Shown one piece after another: positions 51,426 to 63,667 of a stretch of 64,000 nt of DNA. Numbering within the stretch: the first letter of the stretch is position 1; each line of letters starts with the position of its first letter. Source of the DNA: Sulfolobaceae archaeon (lineage in GTDB: Archaea > Thermoproteota > Thermoprotei_A > Sulfolobales > Sulfolobaceae). The notes below the pieces were generated by a model. That model had not been told where the DNA came from. It ran no database searches and saw only the letters and a program-made list of their open reading frames with translations. The translations under genes were made by a program, and so were the position numbers. The stretch spans positions 32,001 to 96,000 of the forward strand of contig JAWARQ010000005.1 in assembly GCA_038893355.1 (NCBI GenBank), given 5' to 3'.

Positions 51426-53231
51426 GTGGAGTTTAAAATTATTGCTGAATATTTTGATAGGTTAGAAAGGATAACATCAAGACTACAACTTAATTCATTG
51501 CTTGCTGACTTACTTAGGAGAACTGATAAGAATGTTATTGATAAAGTCGTCTATATAATTCAAGGCAAACTCTTTCCAGATTTTATAAACGTGCCAGAGT
51601 TAGGTGTTGGTGAAAAATTCTTAATAAAGGCAATAAGTATAGCTACTAATAGAAAAGAAAAGGAAGTAGAGGATTTGCTGAAGAAGATAGGAGATCTTGG
51701 AGAAGTAACTGCTAGATTAAAGAGGGAAGAAAAGGGTTCTGGTGTATTAGACTTTTTTGCTTCGCCTCAATCAAAACCATTAACGGTAGAAGAAGTTTAT
51801 GAGACTTTAAAGAAAGTTGCATTAACTACTGGTGAAGGTAGTAGGGACATAAAGATCAGGTTAATAAGTGGACTTCTTAAAAAAGCAAATCCCTTAGAGG
51901 CGAAATTTATTGTGAGATTTATAGAAGGTAGGTTAAGGGTAGGTATAGGTGATGCGACAATTTTAGAAGCTTTAGCAATAGCATATGGTGGCGGTTCATA
52001 TACAAGAGAAATTATAGAGAGGGCATATAATTTAATGGCAGATTTAGGTTATGTCGCGAAAATAGTAGCAGAATCTAAGGGTAATTTAGAAAAATTAAAG
52101 AGTATTAAACCTGTAGTTGGAATTCCTGTAAGGCCTATGTTAGCAGAAAGGTTACAAGATCCTCATGAAATATTATCGAAGGTTAATGGGAAAGCCTTAG
52201 TAGATTATAAGTATGACGGCGAAAGAGCACAAATTCATAAAGCTTCGGATAAAATCTTTATATTTTCAAGGAGACTTGAGAACATTACGAATCAATATCC
52301 AGATGTAGTTGAATTTGTAAAAGAGAACATTATTGCTAACGAAGTAATAGTTGAAGGTGAAATAGTAGCAATAGACCCTACTACTGGAGAAATGAGACCT
52401 TTTCAAGAATTAATGCATAGAAAGAGAAAGAATGATATTAATGAAGCTATGAAAGAATATCCAGTTAGATTATATCTTTTCGATCTTATATATATTAACG
52501 GTGAAGATTATACTTTAAAGCCACTACTTGAAAGGAGAAAGAAACTCTCAGAAATCATTAAACCAAATGAAAATGTTGTAGTTGCAGATAGTATAATTGT
52601 AGATAACGTAAAAGACCTAATAGCATTCTTTAATAAGGCAATAGCAGATGGAGCAGAAGGCGTAATGGTAAAATCTATCGATAAAGATTCTATATATCAA
52701 GCAGGTGCAAGAGGATGGTTATGGATTAAGTTTAAGAAAGATTATTACAGCGAAATGGTTGACACAGTAGACCTAGTAGTAGTAGGTGGATTTTATGGTA
52801 AGGGAAAGAGAGGTGGGAAGATTAGCTCATTATTAATGGCAGCCTATGATCCTATAACTGATACTTTTAAGACCGTCTGTAAAGTTGCTACAGGCTTCAG
52901 TGATGCTGAATTGGATGAATTACAGAAGAAATTAGAAGAGATTAGAATACCGAATAAACACCCGAGGGTAGAATCTAAAATTGAACCAGATATATGGGTT
53001 ACTCCAAGTTTAGTTGCTGAGATACTCGGAGCTGAAATAACCCTATCTCCTTTACATACTTGTTGTTTAGGAATTTTATCAGAAGATTCTGGATTATCTA
53101 TTAGATTCCCTAGATTTATAAGGTGGAGAGATGATAAGAAACCAGAAGATGCAACAACTACTACAGAAATACTTGAAATGTATAAGTTAAAGTTAAAGAA
53201 GGTTGAAGAAAAGCCAGAAACATTATCATAA
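51426..53231 (+). CDS. lig: ATP-dependent DNA ligase
   Basis: [39 protein letters not shown]. Confidence 0.97.
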   Translation: MEFKIIAEYFDRLERITSRLQLNSLLADLLRRTDKNVIDKVVYIIQGKLFPDFINVPELGVGEKFLIKAISIATNRKEKEVEDLLKKIGDLGEVTARLKREEKGSGVLDFFASPQSKPLTVEEVYETLKKVALTTGEGSRDIKIRLISGLLKKANPLEAKFIVRFIEGRLRVGIGDATILEALAIAYGGGSYTREIIERAYNLMADLGYVAKIVAESKGNLEKLKSIKPVVGIPVRPMLAERLQDPHEILSKVNGKALVDYKYDGERAQIHKASDKIFIFSRRLENITNQYPDVVEFVKENIIANEVIVEGEIVAIDPTTGEMRPFQELMHRKRKNDINEAMKEYPVRLYLFDLIYINGEDYTLKPLLERRKKLSEIIKPNENVVVADSIIVDNVKDLIAFFNKAIADGAEGVMVKSIDKDSIYQAGARGWLWIKFKKDYYSEMVDTVDLVVVGGFYGKGKRGGKISSLLMAAYDPITDTFKTVCKVATGFSDAELDELQKKLEEIRIPNKHPRVESKIEPDIWVTPSLVAEILGAEITLSPLHTCCLGILSEDSGLSIRFPRFIRWRDDKKPEDATTTTEILEMYKLKLKKVEEKPETLS

Positions 53232-53294
53232 TTATATTTATTTACATAAAATGAACAGAAAAATCTTATATAATGGGATTTAGAAGAAATAAGT

Positions 53295-54281
53295 GTGCTC
53301 AATATATATCCCAATGGAGCAATAGTTGTGGGCAACAACTTTACAATAGATGGACATTGGAATAGACCATTTCGAGTTATAACTCATTTTCACTCGGATC
53401 ATATAATAGAGCTTGATAAGAGTATTAGGGAATGTGCCGGTATTATTTCAACCCCAATAACTATTGATATACTTAATGCCCTAGGTTATAAAATTCCTAA
53501 ATTTAAGGATATGAGAATGGAATACGATATAAAAGTAAAAGTAGACGAAGAGATTATAGAATTAAAAAAGTCAGAGCATGTAATTGGTTCCGCGCAAGTG
53601 CTAATTCGTCTTGAAGATGGTTTAGAAGTAGCTTATACTGGGGATTTCAAGAATCCTGGAAAGGGTACACCAATCTTAAATCCTAATATTCTTATAATTG
53701 AGGCAACATATGGAAAGCCAGGATTAAGGAGGCCATTTAAAGATGAGGTAGAGGTGTTATTAGGTGATTATGTAAGAGATTATTTAGTAAAGGGACCAGT
53801 TAGAATTTATGGATATCATGGCAAGATACAAGAAGTAATGATGAAACTTAGAGAGCAGGGTATTGATGCACCTTATATAGTTTCTGGAAAGATAGATGAG
53901 ATAACTAAAATAGCAATAAAGTATGGTCTAAGAATAGATAATGTATATAGTTCTAGTTCTGCTGATGCTGCAGAGATTATTAAATCTAATTGGTATATTT
54001 CTTTCCATCATTATCTAGAATTTAGTAAAAAACGAAATAATTCAAAGTTTACGGACTTTTTAATAACTGGCTGGGAATTTAAACAGCCCATAAGAAAATT
54101 AGACGAGAGATCTTACATAGTAGCATTAAGTGACCATGCAGATTTTGATGAATTAATTTACTATGTAGATAACTCGGCTGCAGACGTTATAATAACTGAT
54201 GGTGGTAGAAAAAGCTATGCAAGAGAGTTAGCAGAGTATATAAGCAAATATTTAGGTAAAAAAGCGTTCAGTTTGCCTTAA
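53295..54281 (+). CDS. Metallo-beta-lactamase / beta-CASP nuclease (ligase-associated)
   Basis: THFHSDH, HVIGSA, YTGDF, EATYG, LSDHAD. Confidence 0.88.
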   Translation: MLNIYPNGAIVVGNNFTIDGHWNRPFRVITHFHSDHIIELDKSIRECAGIISTPITIDILNALGYKIPKFKDMRMEYDIKVKVDEEIIELKKSEHVIGSAQVLIRLEDGLEVAYTGDFKNPGKGTPILNPNILIIEATYGKPGLRRPFKDEVEVLLGDYVRDYLVKGPVRIYGYHGKIQEVMMKLREQGIDAPYIVSGKIDEITKIAIKYGLRIDNVYSSSSADAAEIIKSNWYISFHHYLEFSKKRNNSKFTDFLITGWEFKQPIRKLDERSYIVALSDHADFDELIYYVDNSAADVIITDGGRKSYARELAEYISKYLGKKAFSLP

Positions 54282-55390
54282 ATTACTAACTTTTCTTCTA
54301 CTAGCTTGCCATACTTAAATCTATCTGGAGAGAATATATCTAGGTATTTAGACTTTTTACCATCTATTATATAATCTGAAAGTATTTTACCAGAGTATGC
54401 GGAAAACATTGCACCATGCCCACTATAGCCAGCATCTATATATAGTCCTTCTGGCCATTCTTCCCCTTGGCCAATTATATGAGAATGATCCGGAGTCATT
54501 TCATAATATCCACTCCAGCCTCTCAGTATTCCTATCCCTCTAACTCTTTCTACTAAAGATTTTAATGATTTAAGGAACTTTATAATTGCATGAAGTGAAA
54601 CTGTAAGGGGAACAAATCCTCTTCCAGTTGCTTCATCTAAGCCTCCAATAATTTCTCCCTTTAGAGTTTGTGAAAAATAAATTCCGTGCTTGTGGGCTAT
54701 TATTAATGGCTCTATAAAGAATTTTATATCTTCAGTTAGATATAATTCTCTTCTTTCTGGAAATATAGGAATATCTATATTTAGACTCTTAAATAGGGAA
54801 GAGCTCCAGGCGCCTGCTGTAACTATAACTCTTTCAGCTTTAATTAAACTTCCAGAAAGTAATTTAACACCTTTAACTCTTCCGTTTTCTACTAATATCT
54901 TTTCTGCTTTATCATATATAATTTTGTATTTATCTTTTATAAAATTATAATAACTATATAGTAGATAATCATGATGGAATGATCCATTATGAGGTACATA
55001 ATAACATATTTCATCACTTATTGCAAGATAATTAAAATATTCCTTGCATTCTATAAACTTTCCAGAAACGTTGTAATATGCCCACATTGAATGAAGTCTC
55101 TTATATTTGTCTATAATCTCTTCATCGAGTATCCAAAGATATCCGCCAGTATAAATAAGCGGGTTTAAAAATAGTTCCTTACTTTGATTTATTAGATAAT
55201 TTATTGCATCTTTAGCGTATTCTACATTGTATGGATTATAAAAGTTGTACCTAAACCTACCTGCATTTCTACTACTTGAACCATAGCCTATTCTTTTCAT
55301 TTCGACTATAGTGACATCTCTAACACCTTTTTCAAGAAAATGATACGCTAGACTAAGTCCATGTAGACCTGCTCCTATAATTACTATCAT
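54278..55390 (-). CDS. DAO-family FAD oxidoreductase (proline dehydrogenase / sarcosine oxidase beta-like)
   Basis: IIGAGLHG, GSSSRNAG, WSGYYEMTPD, GYSGHG. Confidence 0.85.
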   Translation of the reverse strand: MIVIIGAGLHGLSLAYHFLEKGVRDVTIVEMKRIGYGSSSRNAGRFRYNFYNPYNVEYAKDAINYLINQSKELFLNPLIYTGGYLWILDEEIIDKYKRLHSMWAYYNVSGKFIECKEYFNYLAISDEICYYVPHNGSFHHDYLLYSYYNFIKDKYKIIYDKAEKILVENGRVKGVKLLSGSLIKAERVIVTAGAWSSSLFKSLNIDIPIFPERRELYLTEDIKFFIEPLIIAHKHGIYFSQTLKGEIIGGLDEATGRGFVPLTVSLHAIIKFLKSLKSLVERVRGIGILRGWSGYYEMTPDHSHIIGQGEEWPEGLYIDAGYSGHGAMFSAYSGKILSDYIIDGKKSKYLDIFSPDRFKYGKLVEEKLVI

Positions 55391-56805
55391 TATACTATCA
55401 ACCTATATAACGGTGATCTAAAAGTTATCAGATCATTAGAACTAATAATACTACCTGCAAGGAATGCGCAAATTTTTCCTTGACAAGCTCCAGTAGCTAA
55501 CCCAGTAAATCTCTTAAGATGTTCTACTGTGTTATAGCCTCGATTTAATGCCTCAATTATATCATTATACATGATATCTTCACATTCACAGATATAACCA
55601 TCGTTATCAAAAAGGTACGGAGAGACATAATTATGTTCCCACTTTCCATCATAATAGTTATATAAATATGGCTCATATTTTTTAAGATTTTCTTTAAATT
55701 CATAATCCTTATTTAATAAAAATTTACTAGAAAAATAACTAAGAGATTCTATTGATATCCCTCTCATGCCTCCTACTACAAATACGTTAGGTTTATCAGT
55801 TATTCCAAACAAGTCATGAAATGGTAAATACACATGAGTTAGGTCAAAGAAATTATACGAAACTTCTAAGTTACTACTAATCTCTATCTTAGGTTGCCTT
55901 ACTACTGCATAAACTATAACATCAGCATACCATTCCCCTTTATCTGTAATTATAAAAACTCCTTTATTTTCTTCTTTGAATTTTAATCTCTTTACCCCTA
56001 TTATCTCATAACCCTTCTTCTCTACCTCTTCAAGATAAAATTTACTAAAATATCTAGCACCTTCTTTATGCAGGACTATCGCATTATCTGCATTTAATGC
56101 AGTTCTTAATGCGTCATCTGAAGAACCTAAAACAATTATTCTCTTGTACTTTTTCTTGTTCATTAGGAAGAGATTCCTAGAAATAACTTTAGGATTGTCA
56201 TTACCATTAAATAACGGCAATATATATCGTGATCCAGAAGCCAAAAATATATTCTCTGCATTAATCAATAAAATTTTCGCTCTAGCATCAAAAGCTAACC
56301 CTTCACTAAAATTTCCTAGAAAAATACCATTAATTATCTTTTCTTGATTTTCCTTATAAATAATTTTTAATCTTTTAATAATTTCATTTTTATTAATTAA
56401 AGGATCTTCTGAACTATCATATTCAACGTAACCTAACTCCCTATGACAAATTGCTATAGTATTATCCTTACCCAGTTCTTCTAATATTGATAGGCCAGAA
56501 GATCCACATCCTATTATTAGATTTTTAACTTTAATTGGAAGTATTTCTTTATTTAAGATTGTTTCATTATATTCAGTTGGAATATTTAACAATCTTGCAT
56601 AAGATTTTAAAAGGACTTCAGATCTGGCAATTTTTGAATGAAGTAGAGAGAGCGGTATTCGAATTAATGGAATACCTTCTATTTTCTCACTATCCTCAAA
56701 TCCTGAGTATCTTTTACCATTAATAATAACCTCGGAGTAAGGAGAATCAAAATCAGCATCCTGTAATGATCTAATTCTACCGTGTCTCTTACTTCTAATT
56801 TTCAT
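55390..56805 (-). CDS. Proline dehydrogenase alpha-like subunit with C-terminal BFD-type Fe-binding domain
   Basis: IIGCGSSG, ASGS, ICECED, KRFTGLATGACQGKIC, TFRSP. Confidence 0.75.
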   Translation of the reverse strand: MKIRSKRHGRIRSLQDADFDSPYSEVIINGKRYSGFEDSEKIEGIPLIRIPLSLLHSKIARSEVLLKSYARLLNIPTEYNETILNKEILPIKVKNLIIGCGSSGLSILEELGKDNTIAICHRELGYVEYDSSEDPLINKNEIIKRLKIIYKENQEKIINGIFLGNFSEGLAFDARAKILLINAENIFLASGSRYILPLFNGNDNPKVISRNLFLMNKKKYKRIIVLGSSDDALRTALNADNAIVLHKEGARYFSKFYLEEVEKKGYEIIGVKRLKFKEENKGVFIITDKGEWYADVIVYAVVRQPKIEISSNLEVSYNFFDLTHVYLPFHDLFGITDKPNVFVVGGMRGISIESLSYFSSKFLLNKDYEFKENLKKYEPYLYNYYDGKWEHNYVSPYLFDNDGYICECEDIMYNDIIEALNRGYNTVEHLKRFTGLATGACQGKICAFLAGSIISSNDLITFRSPLYRLIV

Positions 56806-58391
56806 AAAAGAATATTCCCATCCATCTTTATATTTTCCACATTCATCAGCTTTAATATTGTAGGTGCTATGTCAATAATTCTTGCATTATTGATTCTCTT
56901 TTTTATAATACCTTTACCATAGAATATTACAATACCGTATAGATCGTCCTTTTTATAGTAACCATGATCTGCAGTAATTGTAATATAATGTTCGACCTTT
57001 TCAATTTCATTTTCAGTATCTATACTACTGCTTAATGAATAACCATCCTCTACCCCTACTATAATATCACCTTCACGATCACCTGCAGGAATTTCATTTG
57101 CTATTATCGAAATAAAAATATTTTTTCCATTTTCTGGGTCTTTATAATTTTCTAAGTTTTTTACAATATACCTAACTAATTTAGAATACTCTTCTTGGCT
57201 TACAATACCCCTATCTTCCCTGCCCTTTAAGTTAATTCTTATAATACCGCCTCCTGCATAATACGCCTTAGTCTGTTTCCAATATATTTCATTATTTTTA
57301 ATTTTTAATACATTAATTTTTTCTAATATTTTATTTACATATACTCTTTTTCGAATTTTTTCTATTCCATGATCAGAAACAATAACTATAGTATCACATA
57401 AATTTAAATGAAGTCTTACAAATTCATCAGCATACTCATAAGCTTTAAATATATAGTCAAGTGCCCTGGAATCATTAACTCCATAAAGTAAGTGCTGTAT
57501 ATTATCTACTATAGGAAGATACGTTATAGCAAAGTCCCAATCATAGTTTTGCAGCATATATAAAGAGTAATTCAAGAAAAAATTGTAAGATATTTTTAAA
57601 GTCTCAAAATATTCATTAAAGTTTATTATGCCCTTTGAAAGGGAATAGTAATCACCATCTAACATCATTCCATACTTTTTGCTAACTTTCTCCCAAACTT
57701 CATTACCTACACTTTTATTATTATACCACTCATCATTTAGGAATGAAGGCGGACTTACGTAAATACTATTCCCCTTATTGTATAATATACTTACTGCACG
57801 ATATTCCCTATTCTTACAATTTCCAATAAATTCCACTGGTCTAGACCACTGACCTAAGTCTAATTCTATCTTATCAATACCATTTATAGAAGGATACTCT
57901 ATTTCGGCCTTATTGTTGTTAAAATTTACTGTCCATTTCTTTTCTAATATCATATTCTCGCCAGCCTTTAAAACAAATGGTTTACTACAAATCTTATTCC
58001 TTGCCTTGTATGGATCTAATAGTAAAAGGTTCTTAATATTCCACTTATCTGGAAGTGACTGAGGTGCAGAAAGTACTATTACCTTATAACCCTTTCTAGC
58101 TAGAATACTCCATATTGGTTCAGAGATTAAAGCCTTACTACTGAAAGCAGAGATTGGTGAGGAAATCTTATTCCCCTTAACAAATATCTTTGGATGGGTA
58201 ACACCATTATTTTTAGGTAAATTTCCAGTATATAAAGATGCTAATGCTATTGGAGTTAATGAAGGTATCACACTTTCTAATTTGCTATAAATTCCACTTT
58301 CTGCTAATTCCCCTAATGTTTTTAGTCTATATCTAAATCTCTCGAACATATTATATGCAATACCGTCAATGACAGTCAGTAGAAGTTTCAA
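56802..58391 (-). CDS. Alkaline phosphatase superfamily nucleotide pyrophosphatase/phosphodiesterase
   Basis: VIDG, PSLTP..ASLYTG, DNIQH, VSDHG, ADHG. Confidence 0.85.
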   Translation of the reverse strand: MKLLLTVIDGIAYNMFERFRYRLKTLGELAESGIYSKLESVIPSLTPIALASLYTGNLPKNNGVTHPKIFVKGNKISSPISAFSSKALISEPIWSILARKGYKVIVLSAPQSLPDKWNIKNLLLLDPYKARNKICSKPFVLKAGENMILEKKWTVNFNNNKAEIEYPSINGIDKIELDLGQWSRPVEFIGNCKNREYRAVSILYNKGNSIYVSPPSFLNDEWYNNKSVGNEVWEKVSKKYGMMLDGDYYSLSKGIINFNEYFETLKISYNFFLNYSLYMLQNYDWDFAITYLPIVDNIQHLLYGVNDSRALDYIFKAYEYADEFVRLHLNLCDTIVIVSDHGIEKIRKRVYVNKILEKINVLKIKNNEIYWKQTKAYYAGGGIIRINLKGREDRGIVSQEEYSKLVRYIVKNLENYKDPENGKNIFISIIANEIPAGDREGDIIVGVEDGYSLSSSIDTENEIEKVEHYITITADHGYYKKDDLYGIVIFYGKGIIKKRINNARIIDIAPTILKLMNVENIKMDGNILL

Positions 58392-58398
58392 TTATTCA

Positions 58399-58665
58399 TC
58401 AACTCTTATCATATATCTTTTTTTCAAGATCTTTTCTAACTTTACTAGGCATAATGAGATTAATGTGAAATCTCCTTATCTTACCATTCTTCTCATAGCT
58501 TAGTATAAACTCATAAAGTCCCTTGTCATCTTGAAATCTACCAAAGGTATCTACTCTATCCTTAAAAGACTGATAAAATTTAATTTCTAAGGATTCTTTA
58601 ATAATATTAGGATATTTTTCGCTTAAAATTTTAAAAACTGTATCCCTAATCTCGGCAATACTCAT
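58399..58665 (-). CDS. Hypothetical protein
   Basis: 88-aa ORF tightly packed between hemD and the phosphodiesterase; GGTGA RBS. Confidence 0.7.
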   Translation of the reverse strand: MSIAEIRDTVFKILSEKYPNIIKESLEIKFYQSFKDRVDTFGRFQDDKGLYEFILSYEKNGKIRRFHINLIMPSKVRKDLEKKIYDKS

Positions 58666-58669
58666 ATAT

Positions 58670-59338
58670 TCACCTTTTCATGTACTTACTTATAACCTCT
58701 AATATTCCTCCAATATTGTGAACTTTGGCTTCCTCAAACTTTATTCCCAATTTCGATAAAACTTTACTAGTTATAGGACCTATTGAGACTATTAAATAAC
58801 AATCTCCCCTTAAAAATTCCTTAACCGCATTAGCTATTTCACTACTGGTTAAAACCACGATATCTATCTTACAATTTTGTAGGAGATCCTTAGCTTCTTT
58901 CAGCTTAGAATCGTCTAATATCAATTCATAATTATGTATCTCAAGATACTTAATATTCTTAAGTATCTCCCTCATTATATTGTTAGCATTTTTACTCCTA
59001 AATACTATTATACTATTCACTCCACTATTTAGTATTAAATTTGCAAGATCTTTAGTTGTATATTCAACGGGGTACTTAATATTATTCACTTTTACGTATT
59101 TCTTTAAATAATCTGCAGTTGATGAACCAACGGTGAAAATTAGCTTGTTCTTAATCTCCTCATAATCATTAAAACATTTTATTGCATTTATACTCGTAAA
59201 TCCTATTGCCTCAAATTCAGAATACCTTGGTTTCTCGTATTTTATACATTCTGGTCTAAATATCTCGATATTTATAATGTCTATTCCAGTAATAGAAGGA
59301 ATTTGGGAGCCTTGAGGTCTAAGAAATAATACCCTCAT
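58670..59338 (-). CDS. hemD: Uroporphyrinogen-III synthase
   Basis: FLRP, FTSINAI, VGSSTA, LTSSEIA, SIGPITS. Confidence 0.9.
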   Translation of the reverse strand: MRVLFLRPQGSQIPSITGIDIINIEIFRPECIKYEKPRYSEFEAIGFTSINAIKCFNDYEEIKNKLIFTVGSSTADYLKKYVKVNNIKYPVEYTTKDLANLILNSGVNSIIVFRSKNANNIMREILKNIKYLEIHNYELILDDSKLKEAKDLLQNCKIDIVVLTSSEIANAVKEFLRGDCYLIVSIGPITSKVLSKLGIKFEEAKVHNIGGILEVISKYMKR

Positions 59339-60200
59339 TTTTAAGTAAATTTAACATAGTCTTCCCTAATAAATTGCCTACATCAACTGGGCTACCACTC
59401 TTCGCTATTGTTACAACTATTCTCTTTTTAGGAGTAACATAATTCATTATTCCTATAAATTCATTGCCCTCTTTCCTAAATAACACACCTAAAGGAGAGT
59501 GACATCCACCACCTATTACATTAATCGCAGTTCTTTCAGCAATTGCCTCTTCAAGGGTTTCTTCATGATTTATCTTACTAATAATCTTCTTTAGTTCGAC
59601 GTCCTTTTTCTTGCCTACTACTGCTATAATACCTTGATTAGCTTCGGGAGTAAAATCGTAAGGGTTAAGTGTAAAATACCTTATATCCTCCTTTAGTCTT
59701 AATATGGACGCTTCTGCTACTATTATACCATCATATAATCCATCTTTATACTTTCTTAGCCTAGTATCTACATTACCCCTTAGATCTTTAACTTCTAAAT
59801 CTTCTCTATAGAATTTAACTAAATATTTACGCCTAGTACTACTAGTACCTATTATGCTTCCACTTTCAAGTCTCCAAAAATCCTTTTGTGCTATAAGAAC
59901 ATCATATGGTGAATCTCGTTTTAATACTGCAAATATTTCAAGCTCAGGGTTTAAGGTTGAAGTTAGATCTTTCATACTATGTACTGCAATATCAGCATAA
60001 CCATTTAATACTGCTTCGTTTACCTCTTTTTCAAATACTCCTTTCCCCAGCTTATATAATGGTTCATTTTGGAATAAGTCTGCCCTTGTCTTTATTTCTA
60101 TAAACTCTGTCTCTATTCCTAACTTTTCTAATTCTCTACTAACCATTTGAACCTGAATTTTACTTAACTTACTACCTCTTGATGCAATTTTTATCTTCAT
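59319..60200 (-). CDS. hemC: Hydroxymethylbilane synthase
   Basis: [38 protein letters not shown]. Confidence 0.96.
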   Translation of the reverse strand: MKIKIASRGSKLSKIQVQMVSRELEKLGIETEFIEIKTRADLFQNEPLYKLGKGVFEKEVNEAVLNGYADIAVHSMKDLTSTLNPELEIFAVLKRDSPYDVLIAQKDFWRLESGSIIGTSSTRRKYLVKFYREDLEVKDLRGNVDTRLRKYKDGLYDGIIVAEASILRLKEDIRYFTLNPYDFTPEANQGIIAVVGKKKDVELKKIISKINHEETLEEAIAERTAINVIGGGCHSPLGVLFRKEGNEFIGIMNYVTPKKRIVVTIAKSGSPVDVGNLLGKTMLNLLKNEGIIS

Positions 60201-61444
60201 ATATTCTTAATCGCCTCCTTTATAGCGTTAATAGTTATGTCAATTACACTCTCATCATGGACTCCAGAAGTGAATATAACTTCAAATTGACTATGTGGAA
60301 TAAAGATATCTCTCTTCAATAATTCTTGTGCAAACTTAATATATTTCTCCCTATTAGCTTTTCTTACATCCTTAGCATTCCTTACTTGTTTAACATCAAA
60401 AAATATTTGAAACATGCTTGCTACTCTATTTAATACAAAATCACCCTTATAGAGCCTTTCTAATTCTGATGTAATCACCTTGCAGGCATTGTTAGCGATC
60501 TCGTATACTTTCTCTTTCTCTAAAACTTCCAGTGTAGATAAGCCTGCAATCATAGAAATTGGATGTGCGTTAAAAGTACCAGCATTAAATACTTTTCCTT
60601 TAGGTGTTATCATATCAATTATCTCGTTTTTAGAAGCTACAGCACCTATGGGAAAACCTCCACCAATAATCTTTCCTAATGTGACAATATCCGCCCTTAT
60701 CCCAAAATATTCTTGAGCACCACCTAAACCAAGCCTAAATCCAGTTATAACTTCATCGAAAATTAATAGAGAACCATAATTTTTAGTTAATTCTCTTAAA
60801 CCTTTTAAAAACTCAATATCTGGTAATATTAGACCGAAGTTACCAGCTATAGGTTCTACAATTACGGCTGCAAATTCTTCAGTTTTTAATTTCTTCTCGA
60901 CACATTCAATATCATTATAATCACAAACTTCAGTTAGTTTTACAACTTCCTCTGGAATTCCAGAGGAAATTGGTACATTATATTCACTTGCAGAACTCCC
61001 TGCATCTATCAAGAGAAAGTCATGGGCACCATGATAATTACCGTCAAATTTTAGGATTTTTTTCCTGCCAGTATATGCTCTAGCCAACCTTATCGCTAAA
61101 AGTGTAGCTTCAGTACCGCTATTTACAAATCTAATCTTATCCATTTTCACATATTTCAATATTTTTTTAGCTAAGTCTATTTCGAACTTAGTAGGAGTCC
61201 CGAATATCCAACCATCTTCAATTGCCTGTTTTATACTCTCAACAACTTTAGGATGTGCGTGACCTAATATCAACGGTCCATAAGCTAAGACGTAATCTAT
61301 TAATTTCCTCCCTTCTATAGTAAAAAGAAAGGGACCCTTACCACCTTTAACGTAAAATGGATAAGGTTTAACTGATGCCCTTACTGGACTATTAACTCCC
61401 CCTGCGAATATTTTTTGAGCCTCTTCCCAAAGCTTTTCACTCAA
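60197..61444 (-). CDS. hemL: Glutamate-1-semialdehyde 2,1-aminomutase
   Basis: [40 protein letters not shown]. Confidence 0.96.
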   Translation of the reverse strand: MSEKLWEEAQKIFAGGVNSPVRASVKPYPFYVKGGKGPFLFTIEGRKLIDYVLAYGPLILGHAHPKVVESIKQAIEDGWIFGTPTKFEIDLAKKILKYVKMDKIRFVNSGTEATLLAIRLARAYTGRKKILKFDGNYHGAHDFLLIDAGSSASEYNVPISSGIPEEVVKLTEVCDYNDIECVEKKLKTEEFAAVIVEPIAGNFGLILPDIEFLKGLRELTKNYGSLLIFDEVITGFRLGLGGAQEYFGIRADIVTLGKIIGGGFPIGAVASKNEIIDMITPKGKVFNAGTFNAHPISMIAGLSTLEVLEKEKVYEIANNACKVITSELERLYKGDFVLNRVASMFQIFFDVKQVRNAKDVRKANREKYIKFAQELLKRDIFIPHSQFEVIFTSGVHDESVIDITINAIKEAIKNI

Positions 61445-62451
61445 AAAGGCACACCTTCACTAATCCACTTAGCGATATCCCTAGCATAATATGTTATTAT
61501 CAAATCAGCACCAGCCCTTTTAATTGCAGTAGTAATTTCTAATACTGCAACTTTTTCATCTATCCAGCCGTTTAATGCGGCTGCTTTAATCATTGCATAT
61601 TCCCCGCTCACATGATATGCAGCTAATGGATATTGAGGATATGTTGATTTTACTAGTCTAATTATATCTAAGTATGTATGAGCTGGTTTTACCATTAATA
61701 TATCTGCACCTTCTTTAATATCAAGCTCTACTTCTTTAAGAGCTTCATAAGCATTTCTTGGATCCATTTGATATGATCTCCTATCGCCAAATGCAGGCTT
61801 AGAATATGCTGCATCCCTAAATGGTGAATAAAATGTAGAGGCATACTTTACACTATATGACATTATTAAAGTATCTTGATAACCATTCTGATCTAAAACC
61901 TTTCTAATCTCCCCTACTACTCCATCCATCATACTAGATGGCGCTATAATATCAGCCCCCGCTTCAGCCTGGCTAAGAGCAATTTTTGCATGCAACTTTA
62001 TACTCTCGTCATTATCAATACAATAACCACCATTATACTGCCTTACAATTCCACAGTGACCATGTGAGGCGTATTCGTCAGTACACTCGTCAGCTATTAG
62101 TATTATAGAATCTCCAAATGTTTCTCTCAATAATCTGATACTTCTTTGTATTATACCATTCTTGTCAAAAGCACTAGTAGCTAGTTCATCTTTATACTTT
62201 GGAATTCCAAATAATATGAAACTTCTTAAACCTAGTTCTTTACTATCTTCAACATATTTTATCAGTTTATCATTGGGTGGATATCTAAAAACTCCTGGCA
62301 TTGACTGAATGGGTTCTGGTTCATTAATTTCCTCCTTGATAAATATGGGTAAAATAAGGTTCTTTACATTAATATAAGTTTCAGCTATTAGGTCTCTTAA
62401 TAGTTTGTTCCTTCTTAGCCTCCTCGGCCTTAAAATTGGAAATTGTGCCAT
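61441..62451 (-). CDS. hemB: Porphobilinogen synthase
   Basis: [45 protein letters not shown]. Confidence 0.96.
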   Translation of the reverse strand: MAQFPILRPRRLRRNKLLRDLIAETYINVKNLILPIFIKEEINEPEPIQSMPGVFRYPPNDKLIKYVEDSKELGLRSFILFGIPKYKDELATSAFDKNGIIQRSIRLLRETFGDSIILIADECTDEYASHGHCGIVRQYNGGYCIDNDESIKLHAKIALSQAEAGADIIAPSSMMDGVVGEIRKVLDQNGYQDTLIMSYSVKYASTFYSPFRDAAYSKPAFGDRRSYQMDPRNAYEALKEVELDIKEGADILMVKPAHTYLDIIRLVKSTYPQYPLAAYHVSGEYAMIKAAALNGWIDEKVAVLEITTAIKRAGADLIITYYARDIAKWISEGVPF

Positions 62452-63667
62452 TATTAAAAAATTCTAATATGAGGTTAATGTAGTTTAATTCTCCGCTTTC
62501 TATTAGTCTTTTTACATTATTATATAAGGGTGAGAAGGATTTTTTAATAATCGATCTTGACATTAAATCAATAACTCTGAAAATTTCTTCTTCATTTTTA
62601 GCCTTTTTTAACTCTCTCATAGCCCTCATAACTTCGTTAGTTCTAATTTCTTCTATTCTTGACAATAATTTAGAAAGGAACATATTAATATAAACTTTCT
62701 TATAATCTTCGATAAATAATGTAAAACCTTTATTTATAATTTCTTCAGCCTTCCTTAAATCCTCCTCCCTTTTTTTAATATTTAATAAAGCTAAAGTCTT
62801 TAAACCTTCCAAGGTAATAACATTATCGCCATAAAATACTTGAGGTACAGATAAATCTACAATAATTTTCGGTCCATAGAGGTAATACTTTAAATTTGAA
62901 TCATTATTTATTGCACTAAACACAATATCATAATTATTTATTTTTTCAAAATCTAAACTTTCATATCCAATAAAATTAAATTTTTTTGCTAACTTTTCAG
63001 CTTTTTCTATAGTTCTATTAAATATAGTAACATTTTTTGTCTTTTTACTTATCAAATACGCAATTTTACTTGCAATTTCACCCGCTCCTACAATTGCAAT
63101 CTTATAATTACTAATATCACCTAACTCTTTCTCTACTAACTCTAGAGCTAAAGAGTAAGTACCAACTTTACCCTTAGAAATATTTGTTAAACTCCTAACC
63201 TCCTTGCTTACTTTAAGTGCTCTTTCGTATAACAACCTTATGTATCTACCACTTAAGTTTAGCTTTTCTGAAAACTCTAGACTTTGCTTAAATTGTCTAA
63301 TGATTTCAAATTCACCTATTGATAAAGACTCCATGCCCGAGGCAACTCTAAATGAATGTTTTATCGCATTGGAACCTAATAGCACTAGCCCCTTATCGCT
63401 TATGGGGTATGGATGGATTGAATTAAGTAAATCTAGAATACCTTCAGCAACTTCAATATTCTTTAAGTCCTGTGAATAACCATATATTTCTATTCTATTA
63501 CAAGTTTGGAGAATACTCAATTCTATATTTCTCTGTTTTATATAATCCTTGATATTATTAATCTCCTTCTCATTAATGTAATAGTTATGAAGTTTAGAAA
63601 TTTCTATATTCTTATAATTGAAAGTAATCGCAAAATACCTATTCTCAATCTCTTCTAGAATATTCAC
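62381..63667 (-). CDS. hemA: Glutamyl-tRNA reductase
   Basis: LQTCNRIEIY, RVASGMESL.IGE, VGAGEIA, NRTIEKA, DLSVP. Confidence 0.93.
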   Translation of the reverse strand: MNILEEIENRYFAITFNYKNIEISKLHNYYINEKEINNIKDYIKQRNIELSILQTCNRIEIYGYSQDLKNIEVAEGILDLLNSIHPYPISDKGLVLLGSNAIKHSFRVASGMESLSIGEFEIIRQFKQSLEFSEKLNLSGRYIRLLYERALKVSKEVRSLTNISKGKVGTYSLALELVEKELGDISNYKIAIVGAGEIASKIAYLISKKTKNVTIFNRTIEKAEKLAKKFNFIGYESLDFEKINNYDIVFSAINNDSNLKYYLYGPKIIVDLSVPQVFYGDNVITLEGLKTLALLNIKKREEDLRKAEEIINKGFTLFIEDYKKVYINMFLSKLLSRIEEIRTNEVMRAMRELKKAKNEEEIFRVIDLMSRSIIKKSFSPLYNNVKRLIESGELNYINLILEFFNNGTISNFKAEEAKKEQTIKRPNS